Positions 1 through 10,177 of a stretch of 64,000 nucleotides of DNA are shown one piece after another. The notes under the pieces were generated by a model. That model was given only the letters and a program-made list of their open reading frames with translations. It did no database searches and was not told where the DNA came from. Within the stretch, counting starts at the first letter, position 1; the number at the start of each line of letters is the position of its first letter. The position numbers and the translations under genes are program-made. Location of the stretch: contig DXJV01000062.1 in assembly GCA_019056785.1 (NCBI GenBank), forward strand, positions 1 to 64,000. The letters are read 5' to 3'. The stretch comes from Candidatus Heimdallarchaeota archaeon (GTDB taxonomy: Archaea > Asgardarchaeota > Heimdallarchaeia > JABLTI01).

Positions 1-575
1 ATTGGAAATTAACTTTAGTTCTATTCCCTATTTTCGGTGTAATGATGATTTTGATTGATCAATATCCAAATCTTTTTGACTTTATTATCGGTTCAGAATA
101 TCTTACAATCAAATATTGGCCTATTATAATTTTTATTGGATTTAATATTTTAAATGTGATTCTTTGGACACCAATTACTGCTTATTTTCAGAGTTCAGAA
201 AAAAGAGTGCTTTATACTACTTTAATTTCATTCGTAAATTTTGCCTCTGCAATTTCATTTTGGTTTATCTTAATCCAAAACTTTGGTATTATAGGGATTG
301 CATTAGGTCTAGCAATAGGCAGCCTTTTTGGAAATTTAACAGCTAATATTATTTTATTCTTTATAACAAAAGGACAAATAGGTTATCACATTTTTGTCGT
401 AATAGGTTTTTCATTTCTACTGTGTATAGAACTCTTAATAATTGAATACTCCTTTATATGGGCTTTATCAAGTTGGATTATCATTAGTTTACCAGGTTTA
501 ATATATACCCTTTACAATCTTATTGTTGATTATAAAAATCGAAAAAGATACACAAATATCTCTAAGGCTACTTGA
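1..575 (+). CDS. Polysaccharide flippase (Wzx/MurJ-like), C-terminal part, probably truncated by the window edge
   Basis: Multi-TM ORF with 'LIQNFGIIGIALGLAIG', typical of the Wzx C-terminus. Very AT-rich context. Confidence 0.6.
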   Translation, partial: WKLTLVLFPIFGVMMILIDQYPNLFDFIIGSEYLTIKYWPIIIFIGFNILNVILWTPITAYFQSSEKRVLYTTLISFVNFASAISFWFILIQNFGIIGIALGLAIGSLFGNLTANIILFFITKGQIGYHIFVVIGFSFLLCIELLIIEYSFIWALSSWIIISLPGLIYTLYNLIVDYKNRKRYTNISKAT

Positions 576-950
576 ATTCTATTTTGTAAATAAGTGCTTT
601 TAATTTCATGTACCATAATATACTCCACAATCTTAAGGATTTAAATTAAGCTTTTCTTTAAAATTTTTGGGAGAAACAATTTGTGTGAGAATTCACTCTT
701 GACAATTTCATTTTTATTAGCACATGATACTACCACCTAGTTTGATGATTGCTATAAGTTTATATGAAATTTAATGAAAAACACTTTTACAGAAATGAAT
801 TTAATTAGACTTTTAATAGAATATATTATTAATCTTGATGAGAAATAAATTGAGTTTTTAATAAAGTTAATAAAATAGAAAAAATGCTTTTAATTAATTT
901 TAAAAGACAATAATTTTGTGTAAAATAACAAGTTGTGAGAGAAGATAATT

Positions 951-1925
951 ATGACTAAAAATAGACCATACAAACTATTATTAATTCCTACAGGAAGTGG
1001 GATACCCATACAACAATAATGGTGTTAAAAGAGGATAAAAAATTGAGATAATTGCTGCAGATTCAGACAAACTCTGTTCAGCTTTCTACTTGGTTGATAG
1101 AGCATATTTGTTCCAACATTTAGATATAAAAACTTCTTTGAAGTTTTAAGAAAAAATAATTACTGAAAAGATCAACGTAATTGTTCCTGTTTATGATAAT
1201 ATTCTACTGAATTTTGCAAATAAAATAGAAGAATTTTTTTAAAAAATGCAAAAGTATTAATCTCTGAACCTAGGATAATTAAAATTGCTAGAGATAAATG
1301 GCTCAGCTACCAGAAACTAAACAAAGTTATTCCTTTCCCCAGTTCAATTATCCAGATAGAAAATTTTGAGAAACTTCCCGTAATTGTAAAACCACGTGTT
1401 GGATCTGGTTCTAAGGATATTTATAAGGCTCAAACAAGTGATGAATTAGAATTATATATGAAAATTGTTCCAAACCCCGTTTTACAAGAATACCTTCCCG
1501 GAAAAGAATATATTCTGTTAACTGTTTAGGCAACGGAAAAGGAAATCTTTTAGTTGGTATTGTTCAAGAACGGATCGCTTCTAAGGCAGGAATAGCTACA
1601 AAAGGGAAAATAGTTAAAATGAATTCTTAGAAGAGGTTGTACGAAAATTAATTAATGAAATACCATTTTATGGACCTTTCTTCTTTCAAGCAAAAGAGGA
1701 TATTAATGGAATTCCTAGAATTACTGAAATCAACCCCCGTATTGTTGGTATAATGTCCTTGGCAAGTCGTTCATGTGCCAACATTCATAGTTTAGGTGTT
1801 AGAATGTGCATGGGAGAGGAAATTAAATTCCAAAAATAAATTATAGGCTTTATTTGACAAGGTATTACCAAGACATTTATCTTTCTGAAAGAACAATTAA
1901 GATGAAAATAAAAGATATACGCTAA
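951..1925 (+). pseudogene. ATP-grasp domain protein (CarB-like, polysaccharide-cluster type), multiply frameshifted
   Basis: Hand translation across frames gives MTKNRPYKLLLIPTGSG, EIIAADSDKLCSAFYLVD, KIARDKWLSY, LPVIVKPRVGSGSKDIY, LQEYLPGKEY and EINPR, which are ATP-grasp motifs. No intact ORF; the 3' end is approximate. Confidence 0.75.
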
Positions 1926-1991
1926 ATTATATTCTGCAAAATTTTGAAGATGTTATGGAAATTGAAAGTTTTATTCATTTTAAAACGTGAT

Positions 1992-3326
1992 CTAATTTGT
2001 CGTTATTTTCACTGGGATACCTAATTGTGCCAGTCTCCTGAAGAAGAACTTCTCGATTTCAGGCTCCTCGACGGTCCGGCTGAAGTTGATCACCAGTTTA
2101 TCTTCGAAGCTTACCACTGCGCAGCCTGTGGTGATGATTTTGCTTGGCGCCAGGATGAAGTCGAAGTGTTCTATTTCTTTTGCGAAAGCCTTTGGCATGT
2201 TTATTTTTCCGAGGTTGCTCATTTTTCCTGAGTTTTGTTTTTCGCCCATTTTTTGGTATATGAATTCTCCGAACAGCCGTTTCAAGAACAGCGGTATGAT
2301 TCTTATTATTGGTATTAGTTCTCCTCTGACATTTCTTGTTATGTATTGTCTTAGTGGTCTTCTTGCTATTTCTTTTTTCATTGCGTGTTGCACGAGTGCG
2401 AGTATTTCTTCGAAGGTATATTTTCCCAGTTGTGGTTTTAGTTCTGGTGAGACCATATATGTGAAGTTTCTCATTGTTTCTGATTCGAATATTCTTCTCA
2501 GGTTTACCGGCACTGCCACTCTTATTGGCTTTTTTATTTTTTTTCGTACTTCTTCTGGTAGTTTTTGATAGATTTCTTGCAGTGCTTCCAAATAGATTGC
2601 TGTCAGCAGTTCTGAGATGGTTACTTTTTTCCTTCTTGTTACATCGAGTATTTTTGCTACTGACATTGTTCCTCGTATGATGTGGAACACGCCTTTTTCC
2701 ACCGGTGTTAGTGGTGGTTTGAATGCTTCGCTTTTTCGTTTTGGGTTTGGCAATTCTTTCATGTAGTAGCGTTTATAGGCGTAATCGTATTCTGTTGGGC
2801 TTGGTGTCTGGTTGAACCTGAAGATGTCTCCCCAGTCGTTTGTTTCCACCCCTCTTCTTGTCAGATAGTCTGCCACCAGCGCTTTCAGGAATGTGATCCC
2901 TCCATAGCCGTCTGTTAAGCTGTGATGGAATTCGACTGCTATGCGATTAAAATAGACTTTTACTCTAAACGGGAAGATTCCTCTTGTATGTATGGCGATT
3001 TTCTGGCAAGGAAATTTCGTTTCTGCGTAGATTTCGGGTATTTCTTTAGTGCTTTCCCAGTATTTCCAGAACAGGCCGCTTCGCAGTGTCACTTGAAAAT
3101 AGGGAAATCTTTGCATGATTCTCTCGAGTGTTTTTTGTAAATCGCTCAAGTTTATCCGTTCTTTTAGTGTGCATGACACTCTGAAGACATTGGTTGACCG
3201 GTCGGAATTCATGAGCGCAAAAAGCGTTGCTGCGTTATCTAGTTTGTAATAGTCCCTCTCTGTTTGAGTTATTCGTATTTTTTTCACTGGAAAACCAGTG
3301 ACTTCTGAATTATAATTTCCTTCCAA
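1992..3326 (-). CDS. Alcohol acetyltransferase / condensation-fold CoA-dependent acyltransferase
   Basis: HHSLTDG (HxxxD catalytic motif), KLDNAA, VPVNLR and SNLG motifs. Confidence 0.8.
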   Translation of the reverse strand: MEGNYNSEVTGFPVKKIRITQTERDYYKLDNAATLFALMNSDRSTNVFRVSCTLKERINLSDLQKTLERIMQRFPYFQVTLRSGLFWKYWESTKEIPEIYAETKFPCQKIAIHTRGIFPFRVKVYFNRIAVEFHHSLTDGYGGITFLKALVADYLTRRGVETNDWGDIFRFNQTPSPTEYDYAYKRYYMKELPNPKRKSEAFKPPLTPVEKGVFHIIRGTMSVAKILDVTRRKKVTISELLTAIYLEALQEIYQKLPEEVRKKIKKPIRVAVPVNLRRIFESETMRNFTYMVSPELKPQLGKYTFEEILALVQHAMKKEIARRPLRQYITRNVRGELIPIIRIIPLFLKRLFGEFIYQKMGEKQNSGKMSNLGKINMPKAFAKEIEHFDFILAPSKIITTGCAVVSFEDKLVINFSRTVEEPEIEKFFFRRLAQLGIPVKITTN

Positions 3327-3576
3327 ATTTACTACTACCTATTATTTTGCCTTATTATTTACTGTTCTTTTTTCATTCAATCTCTATCTTAAACCTTGGC
3401 ATACCGTCATAATTCTCATGCTACTTTTTTTCCTTCTTTTTTTCCTTTCTTCGTGGTTTTTTTCTTTGTTACCTTTTGTTTGTTGCTCTCCCAAACCTTT
3501 TTTAATAGTAAAGAGATATTTTGCCAGTTTTGGCATTTAATTAGTAATTATTACCAAACAGGAGAAGTTACGAAAT

Positions 3577-4860
3577 ATGAATGACTCATCATCTGATCTT
3601 GTAGAGGATTCTGAACCCGATAATTCTCAACCACCGACTTATACGCGGTATAAATATCGCTGGGTTGTTCTTGTTATTTTCATGTTCGTTGGTGCTATGA
3701 CTCAAGTCATTTGGATTACTTTTGCCGGCGTTACCGATGAATCTGCTGCCTATTATGGCGTTAATAACAACATGATTCTTTTGCTTTCGCTTGTTTTTAT
3801 GATTGCTTATGTCCCCATGAACTTTCCCGCCTGTTGGCTCATTGACAAGCTTGGCTTGAAATGGGGCACCGGCATTGGTGTTATTTTGACCGGCTTATTT
3901 GGCTTTTTACGTGCTGTTGCTCCTTCCTACGGTTGGTTGTTGTTCTTTCAAATCATGACTGCTATTGGTCAGCCTTTTGTTCTTAATTCCTTCACCAAAT
4001 TGGCTGCCAATTGGTTTCCGCAAGAAGAAAAGACCTTAGCTTCAGGTTTGGGCACCGTTGCCATGCTTATTGGTGTTATTGTTGCTTACATTGCTTCTCC
4101 GTTCATCCTTGGTTCCACGCCGCCTTATCGGATGAACTGGCTATTGTATATCTTTGGTTCTCTCACCTTGTTTGCAACTGTTCTTTACCTTATCTTTGTT
4201 AAGGATAAACCCCCCACACCTGCGAACCCTTACAGTGACAAGAGCAAAGTCTTAGTGACCAAAGGGATACGTTCCATGTTCAAAAAGCGTGACTTTATTT
4301 TGCTCTTCGTTTTGCTGTTCCTCGGCCTTGGCTCCTTCAATGCTCTTTCCACTGTTTTAGACATTGTTCTTGGCTACCCCCCTGGCTCTGAAACTCCCGG
4401 CCTGATTGGTGGAATTATGATTATTGGTGGCATTATTGGCGCTATTGTTATGTCCACTCTTTCCGACAAGACCGGGAAACGGAAAATCTTCATCATTCTT
4501 GCTCTTATTGGCGGGGCGATCTTCACGCCCTTATTGGTTTTCATCGAGAATACTATTTGGCGGTATTTTGCTGCCTTCTTCTTAGGTGTTCTTCTTGTTT
4601 CTGCTCTCCCTGTCGGTCTGACTTTTGCGGCGGAAATTACCTATCCTGTTCCTGAAGAGACTTCCAACGGGTTGATGCAATGGAGTGGGCAAATCGGTGG
4701 TATTATTCTTATTGCTTGTATAATGGTTACCAATATCTTCAATGCTTCTTTGGTGTACATTAACATCATTATTATCACTGTCCTTTTTGTCATTGGTGCG
4801 ATCCTTTCATTTTTCATTGGCGACCTTGATAAGTATCAGCTCACCTCTCCGCCAAAATAG
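3577..4860 (+). CDS. MFS transporter (FLVCR-like)
   Basis: About 12 TM helices, N-terminal RYKYRWVVL, LIDKLG and LSDKTGKRK loop motifs, LAANWFP. Confidence 0.85.
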   Translation: MNDSSSDLVEDSEPDNSQPPTYTRYKYRWVVLVIFMFVGAMTQVIWITFAGVTDESAAYYGVNNNMILLLSLVFMIAYVPMNFPACWLIDKLGLKWGTGIGVILTGLFGFLRAVAPSYGWLLFFQIMTAIGQPFVLNSFTKLAANWFPQEEKTLASGLGTVAMLIGVIVAYIASPFILGSTPPYRMNWLLYIFGSLTLFATVLYLIFVKDKPPTPANPYSDKSKVLVTKGIRSMFKKRDFILLFVLLFLGLGSFNALSTVLDIVLGYPPGSETPGLIGGIMIIGGIIGAIVMSTLSDKTGKRKIFIILALIGGAIFTPLLVFIENTIWRYFAAFFLGVLLVSALPVGLTFAAEITYPVPEETSNGLMQWSGQIGGIILIACIMVTNIFNASLVYINIIIITVLFVIGAILSFFIGDLDKYQLTSPPK

Positions 4861-4968
4861 CACTTTTTCTGGTCAGACCTTTCTCTTTTTTTCTACTCTT
4901 TTTTCCCCAAGCTTTTTATTACCGTTTCAAAATGGTTACTTGTCTAAAACAATCTTTGAGGTTTTCCT

Positions 4969-5625
4969 TTGAATTCTTCGGAGCCGTTTTTAACAGATCC
5001 TATTCCCGTTAAAGTTTATGATGAAGCAAATGAAGAGAGAATTCTCACTCTAATTTTTTCCGCGCCAATGGACGGGCATATAAACCTTGTTATTATTGGT
5101 GCAGTAACTAAAGCAATCGTCGACCGGTTGAACAGTGACCTTGCTGCTGGCGTTGGCACCGGCTATCTGAATATTATGAACGAGAAAAATCAGCAAGAGC
5201 CCCAGAGCATTTTCATCAAAGAGTTTTTCTACCAGGACTACGAGTTTGCTTTTAAAGAAGTCGTCGAATTTGGCATGGGACTTGGCATGGCTATTTATCG
5301 TCAAAAATTCTTACGGCAGAAGATTTCCCAGGTAATTGCCAACGATGCTATTGATTGGGGTCTTAACGAGAAAGAGGCTTTTGTCAAAGCAAAAGAAAAG
5401 GACTATACCGAAACCCCCGGTGTAGTTTTTTGGGAGAAAAAAACCGATACGACCTGGGTTATTCCTGGCGAGGCGGTGAAGTTCTGGTCCAACATTTTAG
5501 TGAACGAGAGCGACAAAGGATGCTCTTTGGCCAAAGAACTCTACCAGGCAGTTCATTCTTCAGACAAACAAGCAACTAAGAAATTGAGCTCCGCCATTGA
5601 ATCGTTGTTGCTTCATGGTGAGTAA
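4969..5625 (+). CDS. Hypothetical protein
   Basis: 218-aa ORF with protein-like composition, followed by a T-rich terminator-like tract. No recognised motif. Confidence 0.6.
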   Translation: MNSSEPFLTDPIPVKVYDEANEERILTLIFSAPMDGHINLVIIGAVTKAIVDRLNSDLAAGVGTGYLNIMNEKNQQEPQSIFIKEFFYQDYEFAFKEVVEFGMGLGMAIYRQKFLRQKISQVIANDAIDWGLNEKEAFVKAKEKDYTETPGVVFWEKKTDTTWVIPGEAVKFWSNILVNESDKGCSLAKELYQAVHSSDKQATKKLSSAIESLLLHGE

Positions 5626-5708
5626 TCCCTTCTTTTTTCTCTTCTCTTCTTTTTTTGACGGGTCATTTTCTTAAAAACGTTTAATTTCCTCGAGATAAAA
5701 GTTTGAGT

Positions 5709-6410
5709 TTATTGAGGGACAATCTCTCCATCTTTGAGCCGGATGATTCGCATATCTTTATTGAGCAAGGATTCATTATGGGTCACCATTATTATAGTGA
5801 CTTTTTTAGCTTGGTTGATTTCTTTAAGAACCGTTACAATTTCGTGAGCCAGGATTGAATTTAGATTTCCTGTGGGTTCATCTGCCAGGAGTATTTTTGA
5901 CTCGTTAACTAGTGCTCGAGCAATAGCGACTCTTTGTTGTTCTCCTCCACTCAGTTCATACGGATAATTATCAATGAGGTCTTTTAAACCGAGTGTGTGC
6001 AAAATTTTTCTGGCTGTTTCTCTACGTCTTACCTTTTCTACCCCTTTAAACAAGAGTGGTAATTCGACATTTTCAAGCGCAGTTAGTCCCGGGTGTAAAT
6101 TGAACATTTGAAAAACTATTCCAATGGTTTCTCGTCGCAGCAGGCTTAGTTTGTCCGGTGTTAGCCTTGTGAGTGTTTGCCCTGCAATAATTATCTCTCC
6201 ACTCGAGGGTGGCAATAACCCTGCAAGAATATTTATTAGCGTAGTTTTTCCACTACCACTTTTCCCCACAATTGCTACAAACTCTCCCTCTTGAATTTCT
6301 AAGTTAATATTCTTTAGAGCATGAATCTGTTCGGAGCCAAAAATATAACTTTTTGACAGATTTTTACAACGAATAATTGGCTTACTCTCTTTTACTTCAT
6401 TTTCAACCAT
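5709..6410 (-). CDS. ABC transporter ATP-binding protein (LolD/MacB-like)
   Basis: GKSGSGKT, LSGGEQQR, LLADEPTGNL and VTH motifs. ATG at 6410 overlaps the upstream stop by 8 nt. Confidence 0.92.
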   Translation of the reverse strand: MVENEVKESKPIIRCKNLSKSYIFGSEQIHALKNINLEIQEGEFVAIVGKSGSGKTTLINILAGLLPPSSGEIIIAGQTLTRLTPDKLSLLRRETIGIVFQMFNLHPGLTALENVELPLLFKGVEKVRRRETARKILHTLGLKDLIDNYPYELSGGEQQRVAIARALVNESKILLADEPTGNLNSILAHEIVTVLKEINQAKKVTIIMVTHNESLLNKDMRIIRLKDGEIVPQ

Positions 6411-7353
6411 TTTTTCTTTCTCCTTTTTTCTTTGTTTTTTTCTCTTTAGCCTGTTTTTCTGTGTTCTCTTCGTTAGGAGCAATTTTCCGGTTTGTTTCTT
6501 TCTGTATATGTGGTTCGATTTCCAGATGATCCGTTTTTTTCTTGATTTTAACATAATTTTCGATACCAAGTTCTCTTAGGAAAGGCAAAGGAATACGCAC
6601 GAGCCCAAATTCATCTACATAACTTACTTGTTCCTTGCTGCTTTTCCCGGTAGTTTTTTCTTGGGCAAGGTCGATGTTTAATAACAATCCATCAGAAATG
6701 CGATAGACCTTATCCGCTTTCTTTTCTAGATAATGATCATGCGAGACTATCACAATCGTTTTGTTGAATGCTTTATTTAATTCCCTTAATAAGGTAAAAA
6801 TCTGTGCTGTTGTTTCTGAGTCAAGTTCGCCTGTAGGTTCGTCTAGGAGAAGGATTTTCGGGTCGTTTGCTAATGCAGCAGCAATCCCCAATCTTTGGAC
6901 TTCTCCCCCTGAGAGTTGGCTTGGCTTATGATTAATTCTATGCCCTAAGCCTACTGCTTCTAGAAGTTCGATTGCTCGCTTTTTTTGCTGTTCTTTAGGT
7001 ATTTTGCCACCTATTTTCATTGGGAGGATGACATTGTTAATTGCTTTTTCAGTGATGAGCACATTGCGAAGTGGTGCTTGCCAAACGAACCCCACCCAAT
7101 TGCGATGATAGTCAATTATTTGTGCCGAATCAAAAGTATTCACTAATTTTCCACCTACTCGAAGGGTTCCACTCGAGGGAAATTCCAAGGCACCGAGGAT
7201 CTTTAATAGTGTGGATTTCCCTGCACCCGATGGTCCGACGATTGCCACTAGCTCTCCTTTCTTCACTTTTAATTCGATACCTCTTAGAGCGGCAATTTTC
7301 ACTTGTTTTGTTCTACTATAATAGATTTTTATGATATTCTGGCATTCAATCAT
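6403..7353 (-). CDS. ABC transporter ATP-binding protein (LolD-like) with C-terminal AbrB-like extension
   Basis: GPSGAGKS, LSGGEVQR and LLLDEPTGELD motifs, plus C-terminal 'VDEFGLVRIP'. ATG at 7353 overlaps the upstream stop by 8 nt. Confidence 0.9.
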   Translation of the reverse strand: MIECQNIIKIYYSRTKQVKIAALRGIELKVKKGELVAIVGPSGAGKSTLLKILGALEFPSSGTLRVGGKLVNTFDSAQIIDYHRNWVGFVWQAPLRNVLITEKAINNVILPMKIGGKIPKEQQKKRAIELLEAVGLGHRINHKPSQLSGGEVQRLGIAAALANDPKILLLDEPTGELDSETTAQIFTLLRELNKAFNKTIVIVSHDHYLEKKADKVYRISDGLLLNIDLAQEKTTGKSSKEQVSYVDEFGLVRIPLPFLRELGIENYVKIKKKTDHLEIEPHIQKETNRKIAPNEENTEKQAKEKKTKKKGERKNG

Positions 7354-10177
7354 CCAATTCATTTTGTAGTTCCAACTCCTGAATAAAATAGGAAACTTTT
7401 CGTGAAGCGGTGCGAAGGGCACCGCTACTAATGATAATAAGATTAAAGCTTATTACCCCAAGGACAAGCACGCCGATAAGCCAATAATTTTCAAGGCTTC
7501 CTATGGGGATTGAGAGATTTCCTTTCAATTTTCCGGTAAGAAAAGCAGCGCTAGGTATTCCGATTATTAGCCCAAAAATTACTCCTGCGAGCAATACTGT
7601 AAGTTGCTCGATGAATGACAATAAGAAGATCTGTTTTGGTCGCAAACCGAGGGCAAGAAACATACCTATCTCTGTTTTTCGATTATTTTCCAGTGTTGTT
7701 GTAATGAGAATTGAAAGAATGCTAAACAAGAAGCAGAGTAAGAAAAGATTATTCATTGAGAATGTCTTTATGATGAACCAAAAGGGTTCCCCGGTCCAAA
7801 ATTGCTTATAACCATCTTCTAAAAGCACTAACTTTTCACTTGAGGTTAAGATCTCCTCTTGCAATTGTTTGATAAGCGAAGCTTTTTCTTCACTCTCTTC
7901 AAAGCGCAATAGTAAATGATGGCTCTGGGTATAACTGTACTCTTGCAGCACCTCACCGGTCTTTTTACCAATAATGAAATTATCTCCTCGAGTGTTTTCA
8001 TCGGCAAAAAAGGGCCAAACGGTATAATAGTCTTTAAGTTCCAAAGTTTGTCTTTCTGTGCTACCATAGAACAGCGTTATGGAGTAGTTATAGCCTGTTG
8101 GTTTGCTCCCGGAAGTAACAAAACCACGGTTTGCTATGAAGGTCATGTTTTGTTCAAGCTGAGCAACCGCTGAGGAAGGGTTGCTATCGGGAATAAATTC
8201 TTCCTTGAAATAAGCAACTGAAAGGAAGGTTGAAGTGTTAATAACGTAAAGCGATAGTTCTCTGTTTGTTAAATAATTTTTCAGTTGAAGTTTAGTTATC
8301 TCTGTAAAGTTTATTGTTTGAGGGAGTTTTGCAATAATGTCGGAAATATTACTTGATGAACTGAAATCGATTCGCGCTTCAGCTCCGACATTAAAATAAG
8401 CTTGAGAGGTGCTCAGGTGATTAATAGTGGCGCCAATTTGGAGCAGAATTAGGAGATACGATATACATAATGCTAACGACAGGATGTTTCTTGTGAGAAC
8501 TTTTTTTCGAGTGGTGAAAAGTTTTGTCGAAAAAGAAAAGAACCCACCGCGCTTCTGCCAGAGACGCTCGCCGGCTGTTGTAAGGATTTGTGGGAATACT
8601 CGCAAAAAGAGTAAAGATATAGCTGCCAGTATAATGAGTGTTCCAACAAAGTAAATGAAGAATTGTGTGATAAAATTACTGGTCTGTTGTTTAAGGAATA
8701 CTTCATTTAGTAGCAGAAGCCCACAGCCAAGTAAAAGGAACAAGAAATCAAAATGGAACTTTTTCCAAGTTGTTATTTGCTCGTCTATTTTATCTTCATC
8801 CTCGAGTGTTTTATGTTCCACTTTTTGTGAAAGAATGGGTTTTAAATCAAGCACAATTAGGGACAGACTCAAGAAGAGGAGAAGCAGTCCGACGCATAGT
8901 AAATTATAAGGATTAAAAGTGAACGAATAGCCCAGTTGTAATGATGTGGCCCCGGGGAAGGGAATGGCACTTGTACCTTTAACCATCAAAATTGTTAGTG
9001 GTATCGCTAAGCTCGCTCCTATTGGGAAAGCAGTAGCCAATGCTAGCGCATTTTCTGAGAACGCAAAGAAGAACAATTGTTTGATGGACATGCCCTTTAG
9101 GTAATAAAAGGCGAATATTTTGGAGCGTTTTGTTGCAAAGAAGAGGTTGCTAAAAATAAGGATTAGCAACGCAAAGAGAATTGCCGGGATGGTAAGAACC
9201 AAAATTAAAATTTTGATGATAAACAGCACATTGTTTAATGCTTCTAAATAGAGCAAAACCATCAAAACATAAGTAAAATCTGCTTTTATGGTATACTCTT
9301 CATAGATGAATTTTTCAGCTGCAGTTAGAAATTGGCTGATTTGCTCTTGAAAAAGTGCTCTCGTTTTGTAATTAAATTCAGAGTAATCAATTGTTATGTG
9401 AGCTGATGCCGAGAGATCGAAAAGGCCTGTTGAGATATTGATAAAGGCCAAATAATTCTTAAAAATTGTATCAGAAACAACCAGCGTGAAAGATGAACCG
9501 CCAACAATTTTTGTTATATTTTCACCATAAGGGACTTCATTAAAATCTGCCAGAATTTTCGAATGAAAATTAATTGTAAAATTATTCTCTGAAATGTCGC
9601 TATAACCATTGCTAAGTAGAGCACTACTTTCATTAAACAGAGCAAATTTTCCGGGCGAATATTGTGCTTGGCTCTGGTCTATTATGAGAATCCCACCAGT
9701 TTCGAAACTGACACTTGCATTTTTATTGATCGAATAGTTGTCAAGTTGTTGTAAGGCAAAAAGATTGGCATTAACAATTGAAATGGTGGAAGAAGTACCA
9801 TTTAGAAATGAAAAGGCAAATGTTCCAAGCCTTGTGAAGATATATGAAAGTGTAGCATTTCCCAGCCTGCCGCTAAATTGATTGGCGAAGTTTGTTGCCA
9901 AAGTCTCTGCTAAAACTAGCTTATCAACCGTTTGATTGTGTTCGCCGATAAAATCTTCCGGTGAGAACTCAAATGATAGAATAACGTCACTTTGTTTTCC
10001 CCGGAGATTGACCATATACTTTCGTGAGAACTGTGGTTGAAACGAATCAATAAAATAGATGCTTGCTGCTATTGAAATGGCTACCAATGTTAGCGCAATG
10101 ATCTTCAAGATAAGCGATCTCTTATTTTCCCTTAGAAAAGAGAGCATAATTTTTCCACTAAGAGTTTTTTTAGCCAC
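7346..10177 (-). CDS. FtsX-like ABC permease
   Basis: 943 aa with two TM bundles and large extracytoplasmic loops; 'RKTEIGMFLALGLRPKQI' and 'YFNVGAEARI'. Confidence 0.85.
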   Translation of the reverse strand: MAKKTLSGKIMLSFLRENKRSLILKIIALTLVAISIAASIYFIDSFQPQFSRKYMVNLRGKQSDVILSFEFSPEDFIGEHNQTVDKLVLAETLATNFANQFSGRLGNATLSYIFTRLGTFAFSFLNGTSSTISIVNANLFALQQLDNYSINKNASVSFETGGILIIDQSQAQYSPGKFALFNESSALLSNGYSDISENNFTINFHSKILADFNEVPYGENITKIVGGSSFTLVVSDTIFKNYLAFINISTGLFDLSASAHITIDYSEFNYKTRALFQEQISQFLTAAEKFIYEEYTIKADFTYVLMVLLYLEALNNVLFIIKILILVLTIPAILFALLILIFSNLFFATKRSKIFAFYYLKGMSIKQLFFFAFSENALALATAFPIGASLAIPLTILMVKGTSAIPFPGATSLQLGYSFTFNPYNLLCVGLLLLFLSLSLIVLDLKPILSQKVEHKTLEDEDKIDEQITTWKKFHFDFLFLLLGCGLLLLNEVFLKQQTSNFITQFFIYFVGTLIILAAISLLFLRVFPQILTTAGERLWQKRGGFFSFSTKLFTTRKKVLTRNILSLALCISYLLILLQIGATINHLSTSQAYFNVGAEARIDFSSSSNISDIIAKLPQTINFTEITKLQLKNYLTNRELSLYVINTSTFLSVAYFKEEFIPDSNPSSAVAQLEQNMTFIANRGFVTSGSKPTGYNYSITLFYGSTERQTLELKDYYTVWPFFADENTRGDNFIIGKKTGEVLQEYSYTQSHHLLLRFEESEEKASLIKQLQEEILTSSEKLVLLEDGYKQFWTGEPFWFIIKTFSMNNLFLLCFLFSILSILITTTLENNRKTEIGMFLALGLRPKQIFLLSFIEQLTVLLAGVIFGLIIGIPSAAFLTGKLKGNLSIPIGSLENYWLIGVLVLGVISFNLIIISSGALRTASRKVSYFIQELELQNELDD

